Made by a program: the position numbers and the translations under genes | Assembly (NCBI GenBank): GCA_003670675.1 | Contig: QWQY01000001.1 | Span: 1 to 54,565, forward strand | DNA: 54,565 bases | Source of the DNA: Chloroflexota bacterium | GTDB taxonomy: Bacteria; Chloroflexota; Chloroflexia; Chloroflexales; Roseiflexaceae | Direction of reading: 5' to 3' | Notes under the pieces: model-generated | The model's database searches: none | What the model was told of the DNA's origin: nothing | Seen by the model: only the letters and a program-made list of their open reading frames with translations | In this document: one piece after another, positions 1 to 7,972 of the stretch | Position numbering within the stretch: the first letter of the stretch is position 1 | Layout of the letters: every line of letters starts with the position of its first letter

Positions 1-341
1 ACGGCTTGGAGCAGCCGGAAGACCACTAGTGAGTTGATATCCCAGGCGAATCCACAGAAGACCGACGAAAACGCAAAGAGGAAGAAGCCGGTCATATACA
101 CGCGGCGCCGGCCGATCATGTCGCCCAAGCGGCCCATACTGGGCAGCAAGCAGACGATGCCTAATAAATAGGCTAAAATCACCCACTCGGCTTGGCCGAG
201 CGAGGCGTTGTAGGTCTGTTGGATGGTGTTGAGCGCGATGTTGACAATCGAGCCATCGACCGTCGACATGAACGTGCCGCTGCCTACTGCCGCCAATGCC
301 CACCATTTGCGCGCGTAGTCGTTTGTCGGTGTGGATTGCAT
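1..341 (-). CDS. MFS transporter, DHA2/EmrB-QacA-like; only the N-terminal part is present because the gene runs off the window start
   Basis: My own reverse-complement translation from the ATG at 341 gives MQSTPTNDYARKWWALAAVGSGTFMSTVDGSIVNIALNTIQQ...GRLGDMIGRRRVYMTGFFLFAF. This shows the MFS TM1 and the GxLxDxxGRR loop. GAGGAGG (350-356 on the minus strand) lies 8 nt upstream. It is absent from the ORF track because the ORF is open-ended. Confidence 0.75.
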   Translation of the reverse strand, partial: MQSTPTNDYARKWWALAAVGSGTFMSTVDGSIVNIALNTIQQTYNASLGQAEWVILAYLLGIVCLLPSMGRLGDMIGRRRVYMTGFFLFAFSSVFCGFAWDINSLVVFRLLQA

Positions 342-406
342 CCGGGCATCCTCCTCTGTGGGGTGTATACGGGCGCGGCCGCCTCCGAGGCGACCGCGCA
401 GAGAAC

Positions 407-1741
407 CTATTTGTTGTAGCCCAGCCAGTGGAGTGCGCTGGGGTCGTCGCGCCAGTTGTCGCGCGGTTTGATCCACAAATCGAGGAAAACGCGCTGCTGG
501 AGCATCCGTTCGATGGCGGGCCGAGCATCGGTGCCGATGCGCTTGAGCATGGCGCCGCCTTTGCCGATGAGGATGGCTTTTTGAGAGTCCTTCTCGACGT
601 GGATGGTCATGCGGATGTAGACGTTGTTGTTGGGCCGCGTCTCCCACTCTTCGACCTCGACCGCCACGCCATAGGGGACCTCGTCGCCGATGAGGTGCAT
701 GATGCGTTCGCGGACGAGCTCGGCGCACAGGGTGCGTTCGTTTTGGTCGGTCAGCGTATCGGCGGCATAAAAGGCTTGGCCGGTGGGCAGCAGGGCGACG
801 ATTTGGTCGACTAGGGCGTCGACACCTTGTTTGCGCAGGGCCGAGATGGCGACTTCCATCGTCCAGGGGGCTAGCGCCCGGAAGGCCTCGAGACAGGCGG
901 CCGCATTGGGGTTGGGTCGGTCGACCTTATTGAGCACCAGGATTTTGGGCGCTTTGGTGCGCTGGATCATGGCGGCGATGCGTTCGTCGAGCTCGTTGGG
1001 CATGTGGGTGATATCGACCACCATACAGACGACATCGGCATCGGGCACGGCCTGACGGGCCTGCTGCACCATGAAGGTGCCCAAGCGGTTGCGTGGGCGG
1101 TGCACGCCGGGGGTATCGACAAAGATAATCTGGGCGTCGCTGCGCGTCAGAATGCCGCGGATGGCGGTGCGGGTGGTCTGTGGTTTGGGTGACGTGATGG
1201 CGACCTTTTGGCCGACGATGGCATTGAGCAGGGTCGACTTGCCCACGTTGGGGCGGCCCAGGATGGCCACGATCCCGGCACGTTCGACCTCGGGCAAGAC
1301 CACGGTCTCGTCGACTTCGGGCAGGACAATGCCGTCTTCGACGTCTTCTTCGAGCGAGATGAAGTGGGGCTCGAGGATGGTATAGCGGGCGGTTATTTCG
1401 TGGTCGACGTCGGCGACGTCGATGCCGAGGATCTGGCCGGTGGAGTTGACGTCGAGGAAGGCCGGTTCGGGCAGGGCTTCGACGCTGGTGTAGGGGGCGA
1501 GGACCAGGCGCAGGTGCTTGGTCTCGTCGTCCCAACGCGCTTCGGCGTAGGGGAGGGCCAGCGAGACGAGGGCCGTGTGGTCGTCGAGGTCACTCAAATC
1601 GAGCTGGATGCCGGCCACGTGGCGGGCGTCGTCTAGTAATACGGACACCGGGCATTCGAGTTCTTCGGTCTCTTCGTCGGCGTCGAGCTCGACGAAGTAC
1701 CAATACAGGGTCCCGGCGTCACGGTCATAACTCAGTTGCAT
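407..1741 (-). CDS. era: GTPase Era with a roughly 150-aa N-terminal extension made of two DUF2283-like units
   Basis: G1 motif GRPNVGKSTLLN, G3 motif DTPG, NKVD, and a C-terminal KH domain (VYIRMTIHVEKDSQKAILIGKGG). AAGGA lies 6 nt upstream of the ATG at 1741. The extension reads YDRDAGTLYWYF...VAGIQLDL and then DDETKHLRLVL...GQILGIDVADV. Confidence 0.9.
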   Translation of the reverse strand: MQLSYDRDAGTLYWYFVELDADEETEELECPVSVLLDDARHVAGIQLDLSDLDDHTALVSLALPYAEARWDDETKHLRLVLAPYTSVEALPEPAFLDVNSTGQILGIDVADVDHEITARYTILEPHFISLEEDVEDGIVLPEVDETVVLPEVERAGIVAILGRPNVGKSTLLNAIVGQKVAITSPKPQTTRTAIRGILTRSDAQIIFVDTPGVHRPRNRLGTFMVQQARQAVPDADVVCMVVDITHMPNELDERIAAMIQRTKAPKILVLNKVDRPNPNAAACLEAFRALAPWTMEVAISALRKQGVDALVDQIVALLPTGQAFYAADTLTDQNERTLCAELVRERIMHLIGDEVPYGVAVEVEEWETRPNNNVYIRMTIHVEKDSQKAILIGKGGAMLKRIGTDARPAIERMLQQRVFLDLWIKPRDNWRDDPSALHWLGYNK

Positions 1742-1854
1742 GGCTGGTCCTTAGATCATCATGTGCAAAAAACGGCACATCATTCGTTGCGCGAGGGCGT
1801 GTGCATTATACAGGGTATCGGGTGGGGGATGTCGGTCGGGGAACGTACGCGCGG

Positions 1855-2160
1855 AGCCGCAGAGAGGCGGAGGACGCAGAGATACCGTAGGGGCGATACC
1901 CCGCTTTGCGGGGCATGACGGCTTCGCCCTGCGATGAACCCACGAAAAACGGGGCTTTTTGCCAAAAGCCCCGCCCAATAGCGCAAAAATCTGCTACCAC
2001 ACATACCAAGGGCGAGGTATACCTCGCCCGTAGATATAGCTTTGCCCCACCCCGCCTCTGCGTGCACGCTTCTCTTCAACTTTTCCCACCACACAACCTC
2101 ATCGTGACCGTCTATCGGATTCTCCGCGATCTCTCTATTTCTGCGCCTCTGCGGGCCCGG
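1855..2160. repeat. Mosaic intergenic repeat block A (hairpin modules M1, M2, M3 and CTCTGCG-type end modules)
   Basis: M1 is 1891-1929 (GGGCGATACCCCGCTTTGCGGGGCATGACGGCTTCGCCC). M2 is 1944-1980 (GAAAAACGGGGCTTTTTGCCAAAAGCCCCGCCCAATA). M3 is 2007-2037 and includes the perfect palindrome GGGCGAGGTATACCTCGCCC. The CTCTGCG-rich ends at 1855-1888 and 2117-2156 are in roughly inverted orientation. All modules recur at 2895-2970 and 3706-4030. Confidence 0.8.
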
Positions 2161-2161
2161 C

Positions 2162-2587
2162 CTACACCATCACCACCTGGACACCATACGTAGCATACCC
2201 GCGGAACCCGTCATCGAGTGTGATGATGGGTACGCCGAGGTGAAACGCCAAAGCCGCCAGATAGGCATCCATCCAGCGCTTCGGTGCTGGCGTCGGGTGG
2301 GCGGCGAACTGAATCCACGACGCATAGAGCTCGGTCGGCTCGGTCACGACCTGCACGTCAGGGTGCGCCCGTAACGCTGCCAGCGACTGTACCACTGCGC
2401 TATTGCTCAGCGTCCCCGTACCATACTGCCGCTGCACGCTGGGTGTGGTCAGCAGGCGCATCAGGCTGATCTGCACGTTGTTGCAGAGCATCAGCGTGCG
2501 CTGTGCTGCGAGTATTTCGCGGCTCACCTGGTGGAACGGGTGGCTGGGCAAGAGCAACGCCACCCATACGTTGGTGTCAACGAGCAT
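2162..2587 (-). CDS. vapC: PIN-domain type II toxin VapC
   Basis: MLVDTNVWV... (N-terminal Asp), MDAYLAALA and ITLDDGF acidic residues typical of PIN domains. It overlaps the upstream antitoxin by 11 nt. Confidence 0.85.
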   Translation of the reverse strand: MLVDTNVWVALLLPSHPFHQVSREILAAQRTLMLCNNVQISLMRLLTTPSVQRQYGTGTLSNSAVVQSLAALRAHPDVQVVTEPTELYASWIQFAAHPTPAPKRWMDAYLAALAFHLGVPIITLDDGFRGYATYGVQVVMV

Positions 2588-2846
2588 CGTCGTCGTCCTC
2601 CGTCAGTGCCTCGTGTTCGAACGCCACAATCTGCGCACGGGTCATCGTGGCAAGCGGTGCATCGGCAGCTGTGGGGATGACCGGGAAGGCAACTGCGTTT
2701 CTTTGTGGCTGTTCCTGCCCCGGTGGAGTCGCCAGCCCGGAGGCGATGTACTCGCTCACCAGCTCACGGAGGGTCCGGCCTTGTTGCGCGGCACGGATTT
2801 TGACGGCTCTGAGCAGGTCATCGGGGAGGTCGATAGTTGTCTTCAT
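2577..2846 (-). CDS. vapB: VapB-type antitoxin
   Basis: MKTTIDLPDDLLRAVKIRAAQQGRTLRELV is a typical VapB/RHH-like N-terminus, and the tail is acidic. The start was trimmed to the ATG at 2846; the ORF track starts at 2900. It is genetically coupled to the PIN gene. Confidence 0.75.
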   Translation of the reverse strand: MKTTIDLPDDLLRAVKIRAAQQGRTLRELVSEYIASGLATPPGQEQPQRNAVAFPVIPTAADAPLATMTRAQIVAFEHEALTEDDDDAR

Positions 2847-2894
2847 GCATACACCCATATTGCTGTATTGATGGGAATATGGTAGCACAGAGTG

Positions 2895-2970
2895 GGGCAA
2901 GGGCGATACCCCGCTGCGCGGGGTATGACGACCTCGCCCGTTGAACCCGCACCCTCGCCCGTAGACATCC
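2895..2970. repeat. Mosaic intergenic repeat block B (M1 plus a partial M3)
   Basis: 2901-2939 GGGCGATACCCCGCTGCGCGGGGTATGACGACCTCGCCC corresponds to M1. 2953-2968 CCTCGCCCGTAGACAT corresponds to the 3' half of M3. Confidence 0.75.
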
Positions 2971-3105
2971 GACGACCTCTCCCGGAGATATCAAAATTCC
3001 CCAATCGAACGTATTGTTGATGAGAATATAACGTAACTCAGTGCACTGCATATTCCTATTCTTTGCGCTACAGGTCGTATGGTATAGTGATTTCGGAGGT
3101 GAAAA

Positions 3106-3333
3106 ATGACACAACATCACGAGCGCATCGAGGCCGAAATTCCTGCTGCAACCGCTGATACACTCCGGCACCTAGCATCAATGCAAGGTCAATCGATGGA
3201 GCAATTCATCGCCGACGTGCTGGAAGCTGTCGCAGGATCGAACATCGACGTTTCTCGCACGGCCAGCGTGGTTGCAGCGTACTCCAAAAGCCATCAGAGA
3301 TATGCGACGTTGTACGAGCGTCTTTCGAAATAA
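3106..3333 (+). CDS. Ribbon-helix-helix (CopG-like) antitoxin paired with Doc
   Basis: 75 aa. ERIEAEIPAATADTLRHLASMQGQSMEQFIADVLEAV fits a beta-strand/helix/helix RHH pattern. Its stop overlaps the doc ATG by 1 nt (TAATG). Confidence 0.65.
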   Translation: MTQHHERIEAEIPAATADTLRHLASMQGQSMEQFIADVLEAVAGSNIDVSRTASVVAAYSKSHQRYATLYERLSK

Positions 3334-3707
3334 TGTCGGAATTTCTTACCGTCGACGACGTGCTCTTTATGCACGAAGACCTCATCAATCGGTATGGGGG
3401 TTCACATGGTCTTCGATCTCGCGAATTACTCGAAGCAGCGGTGTTTCGGCCGCGGACCGGATACTACCCCGACGTGTGCGGCGAAGCAGCCGCACTTTGG
3501 CATAGCTTGTCACAAAACCACCCGTTTATTGATGGAAACAAACGCGTCGCATTCGCAGCGACATATACCTTTCTAGACTTAAATGGGCTTTCGCTCCGTG
3601 CGGATGCAGACGAAACCTGGATTTTTCTTGATGAGCTATACTCTACTGGCTCCATGACATACGAACGACTCTATTCATGGCTGCAAAGCCAGACGTCTGC
3701 TGAATGA
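3333..3707 (+). CDS. doc: Fic/Doc family toxin (death-on-curing)
   Basis: HPFIDGNKR matches the Doc motif HxFx(D/N)(A/G)NKR. Size is 124 aa. The GC content is visibly lower than in the flanking DNA. Confidence 0.88.
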   Translation: MSEFLTVDDVLFMHEDLINRYGGSHGLRSRELLEAAVFRPRTGYYPDVCGEAAALWHSLSQNHPFIDGNKRVAFAATYTFLDLNGLSLRADADETWIFLDELYSTGSMTYERLYSWLQSQTSAE

Positions 3708-4030
3708 AAAACGGGGCTTTTTGCTAAAAGCCCCGCCCAATAAGGCAAAGATCTGTCATCCATCAAGCAAGCGCGATACCCGCTGCGCGGGGCATGACGA
3801 CTTCGCCCGCATTCCCATGGACCTGTGTCCATGGGAATGGCGGAGATTCACTGTTCAGGGTCAACGGGTATTGCGATGCCGGAATGAACTTACGAATGCA
3901 GGCAAGGGCGAGGTATACCTCGCCCGTAGATGTATCAAAAAAAGCCGCGCCCAATAGCGCATACCACCAACCTGATCAAACGATTTTAAAATCTACGCGT
4001 TCTCTACCTCTCAGCGTCTCTGCGTGCCCG
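3706..4030. repeat. Mosaic intergenic repeat block C (M2, M1, M3, end module) plus an extra 12-bp-stem hairpin
   Basis: M2 is 3706-3742, M1 is 3771-3808, M3 is 3903-3933, and the end module 3962-4027 resembles 2085-2156. A perfect hairpin ATTCCCATGGAC/GTCCATGGGAAT lies at 3811-3838. Confidence 0.8.
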
Positions 4031-4740
4031 TCTCCCGATTCCTTCACCGCCACATGCAACGCCACCGCATTGGGCGGCAACAAGCGATACGTGACCTGTT
4101 GCCAGCCTGCTGCCCGGAGCATGTCGGCCAGCACCGGTGGGTCAGGGAACAAGCGTGACGACTCGGGCAGATAGCGATAGGCGACCGGGTCGGCCCCCAA
4201 CGCCCCCGCCAGCGCTGGCATGATGCGTTCGAAGTAGAGTCGATGCCCCCAGCGTACCAGTGCTAGCCGTGGCCGGGCCACCTCGAGGATGGCCAGTTTG
4301 CCGCCGGGCTTGGTGATGCGATAGAGCTCGCGGAAGGTGGTATCGATGTCGACGACATTGCGGATCACAAAGCCTGCCGTGATGATGTCAAATGTCGAAT
4401 CGGCGAACGGGAGCTGCATGGCGTCGCCACAGACAAACGCCGACTGTTCCGTCAGGCGCGCCTGGCCGGCCTGCATCATGGCCAAGGTAAAGTCCGTCCC
4501 CACGACGTAGCCCTGTGGTGCGCTGGCCAACAGCAATGGGATGAACGGCCCAGTGCCGCTGCCGATGTCGAGCATCTGGGCATCGGCCGCAGGTGCCAGC
4601 GCGCGCACGGTGATGCGCCGCCACCAGTCGTCGAGGCCGAAGGTCATCAGCTTGTTCATGCGGTCGTAGCCGCCGGCGATTCGGTCGAACATGGCCGCCA
4701 CGAAGCGGGCTTTGTCGGCAGGTGGGGGCAATACAGACAC
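3976..4740 (-). CDS. menG: Demethylmenaquinone/ubiquinone C-methyltransferase (UbiE/MenG family)
   Basis: FDRIAGGYDRMNKLMTFGLDDWWRR, the SAM motif LDIGSGTG, and FVIRNV all match the UbiE family. The last roughly 17 codons lie inside repeat block C. Confidence 0.85.
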   Translation of the reverse strand: MSVLPPPADKARFVAAMFDRIAGGYDRMNKLMTFGLDDWWRRITVRALAPAADAQMLDIGSGTGPFIPLLLASAPQGYVVGTDFTLAMMQAGQARLTEQSAFVCGDAMQLPFADSTFDIITAGFVIRNVVDIDTTFRELYRITKPGGKLAILEVARPRLALVRWGHRLYFERIMPALAGALGADPVAYRYLPESSRLFPDPPVLADMLRAAGWQQVTYRLLPPNAVALHVAVKESGDGHAETLRGRERVDFKIV

Positions 4741-4759
4741 GGCAGGTCCTCTCGCGCAG

Positions 4760-5536
4760 TTATGCGCCGTGGTCGGGGCGGTTGTGCAAATAGATCATGC
4801 GCAGGCCGTTGAGTGTCAGATTGGGTTCGACCGCCGTGATGACGGGTGTCTCTTTGGCGATGACATCGGCCAACCCGCCGGTGACCACCACCGGGCAGGT
4901 CTGCCCCAGCTCGGCGTGCATGCGGCTGACGATACCCTCGACCAAGCCGGTGTAGCCAATGATGACCCCGGCCTGCATGTGGTGCATGGTGTTGCGCGCA
5001 ATCACCGCCGGCGGACGCACCAGTTCGACCTGGTACAGCCGGGCAGCCAGCGAAAACAACGCGTCGGACGAGATTCCCAGCCCCGGCGCAATACAGCCGC
5101 CGATGTAGACATCATCCACCACGACATCAAAGGTCGTTGCCGTGCCGAAGGCGATGGCAATCACCGGTGTGCCGTACATGCGTGTGGCGGCGAGGGAGTT
5201 GGCGATGCGATCCGACCCCATTTCGTCGGGGGATTCGACATCGAAGCGCAAGCCCGACGGCACGCGCGGGCCAACCATCAATGGTGCAATGCCGAGGTAG
5301 TTTTCGCAGACTTGCTTGAACTGGGTCGTCAACGGTGGCACGACGCACGACATCACACAGCCGTTGATGTCGCGCCGATCGATACCGGCGAGCGCGAGCA
5401 GATTGTGCAACAGCACCGCATACTCGTCGGCGAGTTTGCCGCGCTCGGTCAAGATACGCCAATGCGCAACGATGGTGGCACCGTCGAAGATGCCGATTTT
5501 GATATTGGTATTGCCGATGTCGATGGCAATGAGCAT
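4760..5536 (-). CDS. coaX: Type III pantothenate kinase
   Basis: MLIAIDIGNTNIKIGIF..., GSDRIAN, GTATTFD. The start was trimmed to the ATG at 5536. Confidence 0.88.
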   Translation of the reverse strand: MLIAIDIGNTNIKIGIFDGATIVAHWRILTERGKLADEYAVLLHNLLALAGIDRRDINGCVMSCVVPPLTTQFKQVCENYLGIAPLMVGPRVPSGLRFDVESPDEMGSDRIANSLAATRMYGTPVIAIAFGTATTFDVVVDDVYIGGCIAPGLGISSDALFSLAARLYQVELVRPPAVIARNTMHHMQAGVIIGYTGLVEGIVSRMHAELGQTCPVVVTGGLADVIAKETPVITAVEPNLTLNGLRMIYLHNRPDHGA

Positions 5537-5678
5537 AGTGACCTCGTCTGTGCGGTAGACCCGCGGATATTGTACCACCCACCGTTTGCTGGCGGTCGTA
5601 TGAGCAGTTGGTGAGTGCAAGGCGCATCGCGTTGGTTTGCAGTAAAATGGTGGTAATAGTCACTAGCTGAGGGCCATT

Positions 5679-6701
5679 ATGCAGATTTACCCACCCGACG
5701 ATCCATTTTTGATTCAGTTTATGCTGGGCTCGTTCGAAGTCGCGTTGCGCTGGTACGGCGTGCTCATTGTCGGCGGCGCTATGATTGCTGGTCAGTGGGC
5801 TGCCAACCGCGCCGCAAAGCGCGGCCATGACCCCGAACATATGTGGAACATGGTTGTCTTTGGGATGATCATGGGCATCGCCTTTGCGCGCATCTACTAT
5901 GTCATCTTCGAATGGCCGCGCTTCGCCAATCAGAGCTGGCTGATGATCCTCAACCCGGCCACGGGTGGCCTGGCCATCCACGGTGCCCTCATCGGCACAG
6001 CACTGGCAGCGTTCATCTACACCAAACGCCACAACCTCAATATGATCGAATGGCTCGACATCGTCATGCCGACGTTTTTGTTGGCGCAGGCGATCGGCCG
6101 CTGGGGCAACTTCTTCAACCAAGAAGCCTATGGCCAGCCGTCGAATCTGGGCTTTGGTGTGGTCATTGACGCCCCCAACCGGCTCGCACCCTACAACGAC
6201 CTCGACAAATATCCTGCCAGCACGCTTTTTCACCCGACGTTCTTGTACGAATCATTGTGGAACCTGCTCGGCGTGGGATTGCTCGTCCTCATCGAACGAC
6301 GCTACCGCGACATTCTGCGCCGTGGTGACATGGTGCTCTTCTATGCCATCATCTACGGTACCGGCCGCCTCTGGATCGAAGGCCTGCGCGTCGACAGCCT
6401 GTGTACCGACCTTATCGGTGGCGGCTGTGATGAGTCACTGCGTGTCGCCCAAATCGCCAGCATCGTGCTGATCGTCGGTGGGGTGATTGGGTTGTGGATC
6501 AACCACGCCCGCCACATCGAAGAGGCCGTTGACGGCACCAGCGATGCAACCGAAGAGCTCGCTGTGGTCGCACCCAAGGCATTGTTTGACGAAAGCGCCG
6601 CGCCCGAGACCGTCCGCATCGAAGACGCCATGCTCGACAAAGTCAATCAGACCGGCCCGCTCAATATCGACACGCTGCCCGACAACAAGCCCAAAGAATA
6701 A
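5679..6701 (+). CDS. lgt: Prolipoprotein diacylglyceryl transferase with a roughly 70-aa acidic C-terminal tail
   Basis: GGLAIHGALIG, AQAIGRWGNFFNQEAYG, HPTFLYESLWN. Confidence 0.9.
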   Translation: MQIYPPDDPFLIQFMLGSFEVALRWYGVLIVGGAMIAGQWAANRAAKRGHDPEHMWNMVVFGMIMGIAFARIYYVIFEWPRFANQSWLMILNPATGGLAIHGALIGTALAAFIYTKRHNLNMIEWLDIVMPTFLLAQAIGRWGNFFNQEAYGQPSNLGFGVVIDAPNRLAPYNDLDKYPASTLFHPTFLYESLWNLLGVGLLVLIERRYRDILRRGDMVLFYAIIYGTGRLWIEGLRVDSLCTDLIGGGCDESLRVAQIASIVLIVGGVIGLWINHARHIEEAVDGTSDATEELAVVAPKALFDESAAPETVRIEDAMLDKVNQTGPLNIDTLPDNKPKE

Positions 6702-6712
6702 TCTGACTATCC

Positions 6713-7894
6713 ATGGACCTCGAACGGAAACTGGACATCCTTGCACCTGCGGCTGGCTACGAAGCATGCGACACGCATTCCGTGGCTGGCCGCCGCTATC
6801 AGTCCAAAAAAGCCAGTTGGTCCAACGCCCCACTCGGCACCGAGGCCGACGCCAAAGGCAAACCTCGCCCCGTCGTACGCCTCCTGATGAGCGCCGAATG
6901 TGTGCATTCGTGCCCGTATTGCCCGTTGCAGAGCGGCCGCGACGTGCCCCGTGCGACGCTCACGGCCGACGAGGTCGCCAAAGCAGTCATGCCGCAGTTG
7001 CGTCGCCACGACGCCGGATTGTTGCTGTCGACGGCGGTGGCCGATTCGGCCGAACAGGCTGCCACGGGCTTGGTCGACAGCGCGGTGTTGCTCCGCACCA
7101 CCCATTCGTATGCCGGCTACCTGCACCTCAAGCTACCGCCCGGGGTGTCGCACGCGTTGATCGAAGCGGCTGCGCGCGTGTCGGATCGGCTGAGCCTCAA
7201 CATTGAGGTGCCTAGCGCAGCCCACCAGGCGGCCATCGACCCGAGCCGTGATTGGCACCGCGACGTGATTGCCCGTCTCGCCTGGATGCGCGACTTCCAG
7301 CAAGCAGGCTTTCTCAAAGCGGGCATAGCCACACAGTTTGTGGTGGGTGCTGCCGGCGAAGACGACAAAGCGTTGTTGGACGCCACCGCGTGGCTCCATC
7401 GTGAACTAGCGGTGCGCCGGGTCTACTATGCACCGTTCCAACCCATCGCGGGCACGCCTATGGCCGAGCAACGGGCCACGCCAGCGGTTCGTGGGTTGCG
7501 TCTGACGCAGGCCGATTGGTTGCTCCGTCACTACGGGTTCGCCAGTGACGAAATCGTCGGTACCGATCAGCCGTTGTTGTCGTTGTATAACGACCCCAAG
7601 CTCGACTGGGCGCTCCGTCATCCAGAGTACTTCCCCATCGAAATCAACACGGCCGCCCCCGAACAGCTGTTGCGCATCCCTGGGGTGGGGCCATTGGGCG
7701 TCAAACGCCTGATGCGCATGCGGACGTTGGGGCGGCTCCGCGAGCCAGCGCACATCGCAATTCTGGGCGCAGCCAGCCGGCGCGTGGTCGATTTTGTGCT
7801 CTTCGATGGCGTATTTTTCGGTACCGGGCACACCATGCGGCAGGCGCGCATCGCGTCACTGCGCCCCGTGGCAGATCAACTGCGCCTGTGGTGA
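6713..7894 (+). CDS. Putative DNA modification/repair radical SAM protein with a C-terminal helix-hairpin-helix
   Basis: N-terminal KLDILAPAAGYEACD. The Cx3Cx2C cluster CVHSCPYC is at about 6900-6923. The HhH motif LLRIPGVGPLGVKRL is at about 7666-7710. It resembles the family I recall as TIGR03916. Confidence 0.7.
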   Translation: MDLERKLDILAPAAGYEACDTHSVAGRRYQSKKASWSNAPLGTEADAKGKPRPVVRLLMSAECVHSCPYCPLQSGRDVPRATLTADEVAKAVMPQLRRHDAGLLLSTAVADSAEQAATGLVDSAVLLRTTHSYAGYLHLKLPPGVSHALIEAAARVSDRLSLNIEVPSAAHQAAIDPSRDWHRDVIARLAWMRDFQQAGFLKAGIATQFVVGAAGEDDKALLDATAWLHRELAVRRVYYAPFQPIAGTPMAEQRATPAVRGLRLTQADWLLRHYGFASDEIVGTDQPLLSLYNDPKLDWALRHPEYFPIEINTAAPEQLLRIPGVGPLGVKRLMRMRTLGRLREPAHIAILGAASRRVVDFVLFDGVFFGTGHTMRQARIASLRPVADQLRLW

Positions 7895-7972
7895 ACCCTT
7901 TTCTCATCCGGACCCGCATCCTCAGCGGCGGGCTGGTGTCGCTATAATAGAACGGTATACGAGGAGCACTGC

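Noticed and set aside
5127-6233. A 368-aa minus-strand ORF spanning the coaX-lgt junction, and the 4691-5614 plus-strand ORF
   Set aside because: They overlap the well-supported coaX and lgt genes in other frames, and their Arg/His-rich composition is implausible for a real protein.
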